Shown: positions 1 through 12,986, numbered from the stretch's first letter. The stretch is 64,000 nucleotides of DNA from Guillardia theta CCMP2712 (GCF_000315625.1 NW_005434666.1:1011806-1075805); one strand, 5' to 3'. Made by a program: numbers and translations. Notes: generated by a model not told the origin, from the letters alone.

Positions 1-1600
1 ACGTCGCTGCTACTACAAGAACGACGTCGTCATCAGACGACCAGCGAGTAAAGCCAACGACAACAATGATCACCGCTCGCTCCCTTCCCGCTCATCATAC
101 TACGATCTCCTCCTTCTGCTCCTCCTCCTATTCGTCGTCATACACACTCTTGTTCAATTCTCCTCCTGGCCTGGGCTTCAAAAAGAGCGTCTTGCTCTGA
201 CGAACAAAGGTCGTCACGAGGGCACAACGACATCGAAGTTGGACAACGAGAAGGAACGATAAAGCGACAGAGACAAATGAAAAAACAGCAGAAGAATCAA
301 ACAAGAACCGAAGGAGCAGGAGGAAGAGAAGGAGAAGAAGGAGAAGGAGAAAGTTATATAATGAACGGCAAGGAGGGACCTGCGATCTTTCTTGCCTTGG
401 CTTCACTCTCTGCTCGCCTCATGAGACTTCGCACTTGAGTCTGAGCCAAGTCTTAGTTGAAGGAAGAGAACGAGAAAGAGTGAGAACAAGATGCTGCGAG
501 CAAGACAAGGGAAGGGGAGAAGTAGCAGCTGGAAGAGAGAAAGGTTTGTGACTTACCATGGCAACGTCTCGCTCTCGCTCTGCTTCTTGTTTGCTGGGAT
601 GTATGTTAGCAAGGCATTGAGGTAGAATGTGGGAAAGTGGAGCAAAAGGCAGCAGCAGCAGGTGGAAGAGGAGGGTCACATCTGGATGGCCTCGAACGCT
701 TCGATCTCGGCCTCATGCTTCTCCTGCATAGCCTAGAGAAAGGTCAGAGGGCGTGGGGAGGAGGAACCAAAATCCAAGAAGCAGATAATGATGAAGTGAA
801 ATTGAGACGGTATGAGATTGTGAGATGCGAAAGTATTTGAGATAAGGAAGAAGTTGCGAGAATAGCAAGAAGCGAGATTAGGTAGCATTGGGAGTGAAAG
901 GCGTGTGCTGATGGTTCAGTGCAGACCTGAGCAGTGAGCGCCTCTGCTTCCATCTTCGCGATCTTCGCGTCTTGAGCTTCTTGTTGAGCTGCGAAATGAA
1001 AGAAAGTGAGAAGAATTTCCCCTCCTCTCCCTTCCCTCCCTGTCCCTTCCTCTCCAACCTTTCATCGCCCTTTCATCTGCAAGAGATCTCTCAAGCTCTG
1101 CTGCCTTCTGCGCTGCTCGCGCATTTTCGCTGATCATCGCAAACTCAGTCTTCTGAGCTTCCGCTTTCTGTTTGAGTTCTCAAAAGGAATGTAGATAGGA
1201 ACGTAAGACCTCACTTGTCTCAGATCAATCTCTTGTTGTTTTGCTCTCTCAGACCTGTCAAGCAAGGCATTACACTTCCTTCTCTATACTTCTCACCTAC
1301 TCTCGAGCTCTTTCATTCGCGTTTTCAGCCTCTTGCTTGGCCGCCTTTGACAGCTCTGCCGCCTGCTGGGCATTCTCTTCCGCCTGCGGAGGAAGTCAAC
1401 TGCAATTGTCACGGGGAAGTCATTTGATCTCACAATCTTGCGAGCTTTCGCTTCAGCGGCTGCGACAGCTTCTGCTCTCTTCATTGCGTTCTCTTTGTTC
1501 GCAAGTTCGTTCTGCCATCACAGGTCAGTGTCATAGGTCGAAGTCGAAGTCAGCTTTCTCATCACCACTACCACAACCTCCTCCTCCTCCTCCTCCTTCT

Positions 1601-1665
<65 letters not shown>

Positions 1666-4600
1666 CTCCTCCTCCTCCTCCTCCTCCTCCTCCTCCTCCT
1701 CCTCCTCCTCCTACATCACCACCACCACCACCACCACCACTATCTGCTATCCAACGTGCCCTACCACTACTACCACCACAACCACCACCACCACTGCATG
1801 ACTTACAAGCGCCTCTTGCGCTCGGTTCTCTGCTTGCAGTGCAAGCGACTTTGCCTCTGCGCAGTTGTGAGGAGGAAATGAAGTGAAGAAAGGAAGTCAG
1901 CTAACCTGCTGCTGCGCTGCGAGCCTTCTCGACTTCCAAATTTGCGATGTCGGCAAGCTGATAAGACATTCAAAACCAAGGAGAGGACGAAAGGAAGAGA
2001 AAAAATGGGGCAGGGAACGAAAGTACAAAACGAGAAAAGATCACCTTGCGTGCTTCGCTCGCCGCCATGATCGCGGCTTGCTTGTCCTTGTTTGCTTGGC
2101 TTGCTACTTCCTGTAGCCTCAAGTGAGGAAGAGGAGAAAACAAGAACAGAGTGTAGGCGCAGTTGCAAGAACAAAGAAAGGGAGAAGGGAGTCAAGCAAG
2201 GACGATGATGAGCAAGAAGAGGGGATTGAAGAGGAACGAAACAAAGAAGACATGAAGAAGGAAGGAAGAGGATCTCACTTCAGCAGCGGCCTTGCTTGCT
2301 TCAGCAGCTTGACAAGTGATGATCAAGTTGTTTTTCTCATTCTCTGAAGGCCATGTAAAGTAAGAAAGCCTCGATGGACCCAGAACACAACAATTCAGGC
2401 GTTCAATATCAACATACAACAGTTCATGAATCGCATGTTTGGATAGCAGGTCAAATACCACGTGCCAAACAAGATGTATGAAAAAGGGCGCAAATTTGCA
2501 TCACAGACATACATCACAGCTGGCTTGCCTGTTCTTATCCGGTTCGAAATCTCCTCGTTCATCTTTGCCTCTGCAACCATCCGAGCATCATCTGCAAGAG
2601 AATCAATCTCCATTGCCGCATGGTTGAGAAACTCCTCCTCCTCCTCCTCCTCCTCCTCCTCTTCTTCCTCCTCCTCTCCTGCTCCCCATCTGCCCTTCTG
2701 CTCTCTCCCCTCCTTCTCTCCCTTCCTTCTCTTCCTTCCTCCTCTTTCCCTGGTCCGACCTGCAGCTCGAGCCAACTTCTCAGCTTCGCTGCACATCAGG
2801 AGTCAGGAAGCAAACGGCATTCTCTAGTCTTCACCATCTCGAGTCTTCAGCCCTCTTGCTCTCCTCTTCCGCCAACTTCCGGGCCTGCGGCACAATAGTG
2901 AAATGGGAGGGAAACGTCGAGCCTCTTCACTTTGGCTTCGGTCAAACACTGAAGAAGAGCTCGTTCTTTATCGTTCTCCGCAATCAGTCTAGCCGACTCT
3001 GCGATTTCCCCCCAAGTTAGAGAGCATGAATACACATTGCATGCAAAAAAATCAATGAGACATTACACGACAATCGAATGAATAGACAGCAGAATCATGA
3101 TTGATCAGTGGAGCATAGTCAAAGTTGGGAAGCTGATAGGAAACCTTAACTCAAGGGACCTGAAGAAACACAGCCAACAAGAAACACGCAAGGTTCTATC
3201 ACCAGCTAGCGAACGCAGTCCGTCGGCTTCTGCAGCTACCAGCTTCGACTGCGACTTACCATCAGCAAAGAAAAGCAGTCACCACGGAGAGAAGCCAGAC
3301 CTTTCTCTCTTTCTCAAGACATTCTTCAGCGTAGATTTCAGCTGCTTTCTGCAAGGAGAATCTCACGGTTTGTAATTCTGGATTATGGATAAGTACCTGA
3401 AGCTGTTGAGCTTGACGAGCCAGCTCTTCGAACTGTGCAAAGAAGTGCTAGTCAAGGAAGGAGAGCTACAGCGCTCCCTCCCTCCCTCCCTCCCTCCCTC
3501 CCTTCCTCCACCTCTGCATCCATCCATCCACCCATCTATCCATCCTTCCATTCCTCCCTCCCTCCCTCCCTCCCTCCCTCCCTCCCTCCCTCCCTCCCAC
3601 TTTTAGACCTGTATCTTCTGCTCTTTTGCCAGGTTCATCTCCTATTCTCACATGGTGAGTAGCGTCAATCCACACAAACTTGTTGTTCCTCACTTGCACT
3701 GCTTTTTCTGCTTGTTCGTTTGCCTACGTAGAGAGAAAATTCAACCTCAGAGTTCAAACATTTGATCATAATCACCATGGCTTTCTCAAGATTTGCGTGC
3801 TTGGCCATCTCCACAGCATTTCTGTCCTTTCACGTCAACATTTCATTTTTAAAGTATCAACACGACGAATGAAGGCTCTTCACGGCTGCTCAGATAAATA
3901 GTTCCAGAGTAGAACTCCTCGAAGTTTTACGTGTCAGACAGGCAACTTGCCTGCATTCTTCAGCAGACTTCAGAGCTCTTGCCTCGGCTTCTTCAGCCGC
4001 TGCTTGCGCAGCTTTGGCAGTTTTCTTGCAAAGAAATCAGCGCTCTTTCTTTCAACAAACGTAACATCACCTCCATCTCTTGTCTTTTCATGCATTCATT
4101 CTTGCAGAATCGGGTCAGATCTTCTCTTATTCTCACTCTTCCTTTGTCTTCACCTCGCAGTCTTTCTCTGCCATCCTTCTTGCCTGCAGAAAAAGTTACA
4201 AGGAGAACAAGGAGAGCGTGTGCTCTACCTTAGCTTCTGCTGTTGCCATCACCTCGCATCTGAGCCTTCCCCTTTCTGCGATCTCCTGCACAACGAAGCA
4301 ACCGTGACCATCAGGTGGACCCTACAGGCATTCTTGCTTGCTCACCTTCTCAGTCATAGCTTGGATTTTGTTACGCTCGGCAATCTCAGCCTTGATTTCT
4401 ACGTTGTTGAAACTAAGAAGGCAAGAGATTGATGAAATGAAAACAATCACCAGCTTGTTTCAGCTGATCGATGGCCTTGAACCAAACACGTCAACTTTCT
4501 AATCTTCATACTCAACTCTTCTGGTTCCTCACCTTTGCTGTTGCGACCTGTGCAGCCTCTGCATTCCTTTCAGCGATCATCTTTGCCTGCCATGTCGACA

Positions 4601-5650
4601 TCACAAGAATTCCGTCGCATCTCATCTCATAATCTTTTACTTGTTCGGCAAGGCTCTTGAGATCATCGGCCTCGAGCCTCAACGAACTCTCAAGCTGAGC
4701 TCTCTTCTCAGCCTCAGCTACCAGTAGCTTCATCTGCCATTTCGAAATGCATCAGCTCTGACTTGCCCTCCATCTTAGAGCGTCAGGGCAAACCTCCGCA
4801 ACTGTTCTTTCAGCCTCGGATCTCAGAGCTTCGGCAATGGCACGATCTTGATCGGCCTTAGTCCTGGAACGAGCACAAAGAACGTGAACCAACAAACGTT
4901 CCCAGTGATCATCTACTTCGCAGCAACAGCCTCATCACGGGCATCGCGCAGCGACCGAAGTTGTGAATCGCACTCAGCCTTCAACCTTAGAAGCTCTTGA
5001 GCATGGCTGCCATGGAACATCAGCGGCATTATATGGATGCAGTACATCCTGACCTCGCTTGAAGGGATCGAAGAGTGTCGTTGAGGTTTTGTACTTCTTT
5101 CGTCAACTTATCATTCTTGTCCTTCTCTGTCTCTAGATCCTTCTTGAGCTCGGAGATTTCTTGCTCAGTCTTCCTCCTTGCCTTGGAGGGTATCAGTGAA
5201 TCTTGCAAACTCATCCCGCCTTCACCTCGTTCTCGATCGCTCGGAGCAGGGAAGTTTTTTCCTCAGCACGCTCAAGATCATCCTGCAACTCCTCTGCCAG
5301 GTAGCCCAGAGTTTCGTTGGTCAGGAGGGACTCAAACTCTTCGTCCGCGTGCGATCTCGTCCGGACGTAAGTTGACCCATCTTGCTTCGACTCGATCAGA
5401 GTCAGCTCGCCAGGCTTCGTAGCGGAGGTAAGGATCCGATCGATCCTTCCTCCATCCCACACCACTGCCAGAGAAGAACAACCATCAGCAAGGACCGAAG
5501 GACACGTCTACCATCACCAGCGACATCTTGAGATCCCACTTCGAAGATGGTTCCGATGCCATGCTGTCTGAATGGGGTTGCCATCGAGACGCGCATGCCG
5601 ACTTTCGGCTGGACATCCTTGCCGATGAACTTTTCTTTCGCGCTCGACAT
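1..5650 (-). CDS. Multi-exon protein with an SH3/MIB-HERC2-like N-terminal head and a long coiled coil; paralog of 7376-11344; 3' end runs off the left edge of the window
   Basis: ATG at 5650 (MSSAKEKFIGKDVQPKVGMRVSMATPFRQHGIGTIFEV...VWDGGRIDRIL). It is followed by many short E/A/K/R-rich exons (LAEELQDDLERAEEKTSLLR; MKRAEAVAAAEAKARKI; AMQEKHEAEIEAFEAIQ) separated by GT-AG introns. No stop was identified before position 1. Confidence 0.8.
1578..1796. repeat. Compound microsatellite (CCT)n-(CT)n-(CCT)n-(CAC)n, intronic
   Basis: Directly visible tandem repeats inside an intron of the minus-strand coiled-coil gene. Confidence 0.95.
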
Positions 5651-6360
5651 CCTGTAACGTTATTTGTTAGCCTTTTCCTAACGGACCAGAACTAGCAAAC
5701 CTGGCTCAACAATGCTGGAATGTCGATGATCAGGCAAAAATACCTGTCAAAGGTGTCAGAGGGGAGAAACAGACTCGTCGCAAGGAAAGAAAATCACTTT
5801 CATTTCTTCTTTGCAATTGAATGCTATTCCGACCAACTATGTGAATCACCTAAAGCAAGTACACCTTCATTCTCTCCCTACTCTTCCGGGGTTACTCCTA
5901 CTCGGACTAGGAATCTATCAGCTCATGTCTATCAACTCAGTGTTTGTGTTGCATATCATCAATGATTCATGTTTACTCATGAATCTCTCCCGATATCCTC
6001 CAAAAATGCATCATTCAGCATGTCAGATTCCTCTGTGTCCTGTCACAAAGAGCACTGCAAATCCTACATCTCATTTTCAAAATCACTGCACAATATTCAT
6101 CTTTGCAAAAATAATTCGGAGCCGCCGAACTCCTGTCGAGGTGCATCTCAAGGAAATCAGTGATACCTGTGAAAACAAACTTGACTGAGAATTTCAAATA
6201 CTCGGAAGAGAATTCAAAAATGCCGAAATGTTCGTCGCTCCGACATCGGAGCGAAAACATTGACTCGCGTAAGCTCAAACTTCTTCTTTGAAATTCAAAT
6301 TTTGAGAAGAGAAAATGAAAACATTATGAGCCGGCTCGGAGTTGATCCGATAGAAATCCC

Positions 6361-7090
6361 GGCCTACCCCTACCCTACCCCATCGTCGAACCTCTCAAAA
6401 TTTCCTCTGGAATCCCCTCATCCCACCACTTACTTGTACCCTCAAAAGATCCAATTTCGTACCCCCACCCCCTCCTTCGACCCTGTGAATCCCACAAAAT
6501 GATCTTAGAGAGGATTGTGCTACTACCCCTTCAGTCAAGATACCCCACCTACTCTTTACTCCTGAAACTACCCTACTGAATAGGTGGGCTGACCCTTCGT
6601 TGGGACTCGAAAGGGCAGGGACACCGGTACGATTGATATGGCACCGTCACCAACCCCCCATATGGTACTGCAAGGTACCCACCTACTGGAGTTAAAACAC
6701 GTAGCACCCCCCGATGCGAAATGTTATTGCTATCACGGTACCCGGTGGTATTCCGATGCACCCCACGACTTTCCCGACACAAATGAAGGGGTACTACCTA
6801 TCACCTCTATGTGAAAAAGGCATGAATGAGGGGTAGTAGGGTCATCAGAGTACCCCCTCACTCCTCTCTCTATAGGATTCTTTCAGTACCGCCTCATCGG
6901 ACCTTGACTAGTTTGTTTTGACCGAGGGGAGGTAGGGTACTAAACTTCAGGGGTAGTTTCATCGGGGGACGGGTATACTGTATGTGATGACCCGTCTTTC
7001 AAGATGAAAGCGAGTGGAAATCAGGTGGTAGGGCACCCTTGAACGACAGGAGTCGGATCCTGTACCAGAGGGTAGGTGCGTTTGGAGGTG
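6361..7090. promoter_or_regulatory. Putative bidirectional promoter region rich in TACCC(C)/(G)GGGTA motifs
   Basis: Lies between two divergent ATGs (5650 on -, 7376 on +). Many TACCC copies on the left side give way to GGGTA copies on the right. Confidence 0.5.
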
Positions 7091-7375
7091 GGGTGCAGCG
7101 AGGAGAGGAATGGCAGCGACGAAATGCTGTTTAGAGTAGGAGAACAAGGAATGGAGTAAGAAAGAGTGAAGAGAGATTATCATGGTTGAGTTCTTGAAAT
7201 GTTAGAGACAGAGAACAGACAAGTCGTTCTGAACGGTGGAGACTTTGCAGCGATGGAGTAGAAACAAGGATTGCAAGCCTGTCGTGAGAGTTTATCGTTT
7301 GAAGTTTCGAGAGCATCTATTCGGGTTGTGGTTGAGTTGTCTTGATAGGATTTTATGTCCTCAAGGTTACCGGCG

Positions 7376-10300
7376 ATGCCAACTCTTCAAGACAAAGACG
7401 TCAAGTTTGTTGGCAAAGATGCCGAGCCTAAGGTCGGCATGAGAGTGAAAATGGCTCCCAATCTTCGCCAGCACGGACTGGGAACCATCTATGACATCGG
7501 GAAAGGCGATGTTGGAGGTATGCTCCGAACATGCTTGAACCTTGTTGTCTTACTGTCGAGGCAGTCGCATGGGATGGTGGACGCATGGATCGTGTTCTCG
7601 TGTCTGGCGTGCAGAATGGAGAACTCTCCCTGGTGACTGCAAACATTGACAGCACCTACTCGAGGACAAGGTCGCACACCTCGGCCGACAAGGCTCCCAC
7701 CAACAACAAGGCCTTATCATCCCTCGCTGAGGAGCTGCAGGATGACCTCGAGCGTGTGGAGGAGAAGACTGCTCTCCTTCGTGCTGCAGAAATCGAGGTT
7801 GGTGGGAACATGGAAGAGGTTGAGACTTAACCTCTCTGCAGGCAAGACGACGTGCTGAAGAGGAGCTTGCCATCGCTCTGAAGGAGGCAGAGGAGTGCAA
7901 GAAGACCAATGAGAAGCTCAACAAGGACGTCTCTGGACTGAAGGATACCCTCAAGGCAACAGAGAAGAAGTTAGCCCGTTGGTTTGCTACATCTGCGATT
8001 TACTTTCCTGCAGGTACACGGAGCAGGTCGCAGACTTGAAAGCAGATTACGAACAGCAGCTTTCTTCGCTCAGAGATGCTCGTAACGAAGCAATCAACGA
8101 GCGGTGATGATATCTCATAATCGAGTTCGTTACGTTTGATGAGAGTTGTCATTAGGGATCAGAAAGAAATCGCTCGTTCGAAAGAGCAATTGCAGAAGGA
8201 GATTGCTCAAGGAAAAGCCAGTAAGAGCGTCATTTTCACGAAAATTCTTCAAACTTACACTGCAAACCAAAAAAGAGGAAGAGGAGGTTTTGAAGCAAGA
8301 TGCGATCAAAAAGTCCGAGGAATACTTCAAGGCCAAGACTCAGGTAATTTTCTGAAATCCCTCACATGGTCGGTACATTAATCGTTGCTCAAGGCTGAGG
8401 AGAAGACTGCGGCTGCTGAGAAGGTACTGCCACACCTTGAAGTGGACCAACAACTTGTTGACCATGAGTACTTAGGCGGAACGATTGGAAGCCGAGAAAC
8501 GCAAGGAGGCGGAGGATCGGACCGCTGCAGCTCTCAGCAAGCAGAAGGAAGCTGGTGAAAGAAGAGCCGTATTGAGAGTTTTCTTGAACACTAACTCTTG
8601 TTGCAGAGAACGCTAAGGTCACCGCTGAAGCAAGAGTGGTTGTCTTGGAGAAGGTGCAATCTTGTTGCTCTGCCCTCTTCTTGTTCTAAAATCCATCGTC
8701 TCTTCCAGGATGTCGCAGCTGCCGAAGCCGCTCGTGCCCGCCAGGAGAGCATCGCAACCGCCGAGGCGAAGGCAAGGTGACATGCAGTAGGTTGATATCA
8801 CTGGTTATCTAAACAACTTCTGCAGGCACACTGCCGAGCAGGAGGCAGCAGTGAGCATCATCTCTTTTTTTCTCCTTGCCAGCCTTTGCTCTTCTCATAC
8901 CGTGACTGTCAACAGAAAGAGCTTGCGAAGGCCCTGGACTTCCAGAGGAAGGCCGAGCTGGTTCGATCGATCGGATCCGTTCCACTTGCTTCAGGCTGAT
9001 TGATCCTTTGAAGGCCATCATTGCCCAGCAAGAGGCCCTTGCGAGAGAGGATGCAGCATTCCACCAGGCGAAGCTCGACAGGTCGATCTCTGTGACCTCC
9101 TCTTGGATCTGATGGGGCGCTGCAGGCAGAAGTTGGCTGAGGCCGAGATGAAGGTTGCTGAGGTAGGGGAAGAGAGTTGTTTCTGTGCCTCCAGTGATTC
9201 ACTTGTGCAGATGAAAGAGGCTGTCACGCAAGCGGAACAAGCACAAGAGATTGCCGAGCGATCAGAGGCCGCCATGTCCCAGCAACTCACCCGAATGCAG
9301 GCAAGCTTGTGCAGTGTAGGCTCAGTTGATTCCCTGAGCTTCACCCTAGTTGGCTCTTGAGGCAGCTGAAGCTGCCGCTGAGCACGCCAGGCAAGCAGCT
9401 GCTCAAGCGAAGGCCAACGCAGAGAGGGCCGACGGTCTCCGAAAGATTGCAGGTTGGCACTTGGAGGGTACGACCACGGGTGACAGTTGAACAGAGGAGG
9501 AGACTCTCCTTGCGGAGGCAGCCAAACAGCGAGCGATAGCGAATGCTGAAGCTGAAGCCAAAGCTCGCAAGAGGTGAGAGAAGGGAGAAGACAGAAGGGA
9601 GACGAAGGGTTTCTTGTTGCCTCACGAGTCTCGTCAGGGCGGAGCAGGATTGCGCCATGGAGAGCAAGCTTCGCGTTGCCGCCAAGGCTTCTCTTGCCGC
9701 TGCTCTCGAGGACTTGAGCAAGATGAAGGTGAATTCATGTTGCAGAGAACGAGTTTTAACAAAAAATTCAGGCTGCTTTCGACAGCGAGAATGCTCTTCG
9801 CAGAGCTGCTGAGTCGGACCTTGCCAATGAGAAGATCCTCCGCAAGCAGGCAGAGGAAGCTCTTGCTCAGAGCAACGACGAGAAGGCCAGACTGATTAAG
9901 GCCAGAGACAGTGCCCTGGTATAACATCATGATGTCTTGGCGCCCTTCCCACTTTCCAAACTCTTGCCTGCCCTATCATCCCTTCTATCCCTCCCACCCC
10001 CTCGCTACTTGCTGTTACCTGTTAAGTGCGTCCCGTCCTCTCAGTACAGTGATCATGACACAGGCTGACGCGCAAGCAAGAAGAGATGAGCTGGCAGCTC
10101 TGAAGAAGGAGATGGACGATCTCCTTGCCAAACTCCGCAAGGTGAGGGTGACGGTCTTTATGAGAACATGATCATGATGTTCGAGCAGGCCGAGGATGAC
10201 CTTGCCGTCGCTCTCCGCGAGAAGGCTTCGGCTGAGCAGAATGCGCAGGATCTTGCTCGCAAGCTGCAGGAGGTGAGAGTGCGGAACCTGGAGGTGAGAG

Positions 10301-11344
10301 GGACTGACGTGCTTGTGATCGCAAGTCCAACGGCAAGCTCCAGTTGGAGAGGAACAACGTCAAAGAGCTCAAGGAGAACCTGGCCATCGAGACATCCAGA
10401 CGCGAGCAGGCAAACAGCCAATTTCAGTCCGGCTGCCATGGTGACGCGAATCTTTACAGCTCGAGAAGGCCATGCAAGACCTCGAGGCTCAGCTCCGTCT
10501 GCTCCAGGAGCAGCTGAAGAGAGAGGTGGAGAGCCGCAAGAGGTCTGAGCGAGCGATCTAGCTCAGCGCTTTGATCGAGCCTCCAGGGCGGAGTCGGAGG
10601 CTATCACCGAGCGCGAGTGAGGAGAGAGATCGAAATCCGCCATGAGCCTTGCGATGGAATCATCGCCGAGCTCAGGTGACCAGACCTGCCAAGCTCCCTC
10701 CATCCTCCCTGCTCCCTCCACCCTGCTCCCTCCCTCCTCTGGTCTAGAAGTGCCTTAACTCTGTTCTGCAGGAGGCAGATTGAAGCTCTCAAGGCTGAGT
10801 CCCGCATGAAGCTCAGTGCACCTGCTCCTCGTAGGAAGGCAGGAGTCGGTCTCCTTCTCGGGAAGTTTGATGTGAGCATTGTGCATGCTGCGAGAAACCA
10901 GAACTCACGACGCTGCAGGATGACCATCACACACATGCCGACAAGATTTACATCCTCCAGGTATCTCCTCCTCCATCTCTCCCTCCTCCCCTTCCCCTCC
11001 TCCATATCTTCCTCCTCCTCCTCTCATTACCCTTATTCTCGTCTTTCTTTCCTGCTACCCTGTGCTGACGACTGGGAAGGTGGTGCCTGGAGGAGCAGCC
11101 TCCGAGAACGGCTTGATCCAGGTGGACGACATCCTCGTCTCCGTTGATGCCAGGCGTGTCGAGGTGAGAGCGCAAACTTTGTAGTTGACGAGCAGCTGAA
11201 CTAGAGCAGAGCATGGAGCTCGACCAGGTCTTCAGCATCATCCAGGACTGGGAGGGCACCGAAGTCGAGCTCCAAATGGAGCGTAAGGACGGTTCCAGCT
11301 ACAACGTCCGTCTCCGCCGCAAGGTCACCCCGCAGTTCCAGTAG
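7376..11344 (+). CDS. Multi-exon protein with an SH3/MIB-HERC2-like head, a long coiled coil and a C-terminal PDZ domain
   Basis: ATG at 7376 (MPTLQDKDVKFVGKDAEPKVGMRVKMAPNLRQHGLGTIYDI...AWDGGRMDRVL), then heptad-rich exons. The spliced C-terminus KAGVGLLLGK..DKIYILQ VVPGGAASENGLIQVDDILVSVDARRVE SMELDQVFSIIQDWEGTEVELQMERK is PDZ-like. TAG at 11342-11344. Confidence 0.85.
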
Positions 11345-11349
11345 GCAGT

Positions 11350-12616
11350 TCATGCTGTAGACCCAAAGCAGCAGGGACAGCAAGTGCTGAGAAAGGAAGT
11401 AAGAGGAATCACCTCCTCCTCCTCCTCTCAGCCTTACCGTGCGAAGAAATAGAAAGCCAGAAGACTGGAGGCTTCGCCGATCTGCGCATTAAAAATTTCC
11501 ACCGTGAGGTCCTCGCAGTCTTTTCCTCTCCCTCTGCCTACCCAAGATGCAGCCAGCCCACCGAAGTAATCCCCAACCAGCCCGGACGCGTTCCTGGACG
11601 AGGCACCTCGGGTCAGCTGACCTCGAGCACGACAGTTCTCCACCTGAAGCCCTGCTGAGAGGCCGCGAAGATGAGGGTGAGGAGGAGAACGAAAGCGAGA
11701 GCAGCTTCCTGGTAAAGGCATGAACTAGCATGAGGAGCAGAGGGCAGGGACCTCAACGAGGATGCGAGGAGAGGAGGAGCTGTTGAGTGCCGCGGAAATG
11801 CTGGTAATGCTCCTCCTGATGCGATACGCGATTGGGAGAGCAAACAAGAAACTCCAGCTGTTTTCAGCGAGCTCAGTGCGAGGAAGCGAACAAAGTGCCT
11901 CACATCCAAACCCACAGCCAAGTTGGGTTTTGATGCTTCACGTTGACCTGCCGTGATCGTTGATGGAGATAACAACATCAGTACAACATTGTCATACCAC
12001 AACAGTGATGAAGAAAATGCAAAAAATCGTGAAGAAAAAGATGAAAATCCTCTGCCGCCTGGGCACTCCCTGCAAAGAACACAAACCATCAGTCGATCGG
12101 CAGCTGAGACTTCGAGGTGTCAATGGGACCTCTGCTATGGTTGGACCGCAGCAAGAGCACGGCAACATTCCGAGCTGAGGAAGAGGAGGAGAGTGAGAGA
12201 TTAGATTGAAGGAATATGCGTGGTGACCGATACGGCAGCTTCATCGCCCGCGAACCATAAGGACAACAAGCTGTGGTTCTGACAGAGATACTCTTTCCAG
12301 GTGAACTCAGATCTTTGCGCCTCCTGGAAGCATGCACAGAGCAGGGAGAGAAGAGGACAGAAGTCGGGACAGCATGGAGAGCAGGAATGATAAAGGGAAG
12401 AGGAAATCAGGGAAGAGGAAAGGAAGGGAGAGCAGGCAGGAGTCGAAAAATCGATCAGATCTCAGAATCGTCAACGTGGATTCCTTACAAGATGCCCAAA
12501 GTCCATCGGTCCTCCGAAGACGCCATCTTATCGCATACCGTCAGCGATTACACACGAACAAGCTTGACGCCCTTTTCACCTGTAGCACCCTCGTTCAAGA
12601 GTCCCTCTTCTTTCAT
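11350..12616 (-). CDS. Small multi-pass (~4 TM) membrane protein, ~210 aa, with a Cys-rich C-terminus; not represented as a single ORF in the track
   Basis: Manual splicing gives a frame-consistent product: MKEEGLLNEGAT-DGVFGGPMDFGHL-EAQRSEFTWKEYLCQNHSLLSLWFAGDEAA-LGMLPCSCCGPTIAE-GVPRRQRIFIFFFTIFCIFFITVV-VNVKHQNPTWLWVWIWSFLFALPIAY...AALAFVLLLTLIFAA...SSLLAFYFFARTCCPCCFGSTA*. All introns are GT-AG. Confidence 0.7.
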
Positions 12617-12770
12617 GCTGAAGTTTGATCGGGGACAGAACTGCAGTTTCAATCACACATGAGATGGCGACAGCGCTGGAGGAAGTTGGTTGAACGCCGT
12701 GATTGCGGGTATTCGAGAAGTGACATGCAGACATTGGAGATGTTCCACTATCGGGCAACACTGGGGCAGA

Positions 12771-12986
12771 AGCAGCAGCAGCAGCAGCAGGCGCAGCAGC
12801 AGCAGCAGCAGCAGCAGGCGCAGCAGCATGCGCAGGAGCAAGTCGCATCGCTTCTTTCAGCACAAACTGTCGCCCCCCCGACAGAAACTAAAACTTTTCT
12901 ATAGCGGAATAAAAAGGCAGAAACAATATCAATAGCACAAGGATTTGCTGCCCTGTACTGCTCCTGCTCCCGCTCTCGCTCCTGCG

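Noticed and set aside
1241-1801. 186-aa + strand ORF with SL/S/T runs
   Set aside because: It is antisense to the coiled-coil gene and produced by intronic microsatellites that lack stops.
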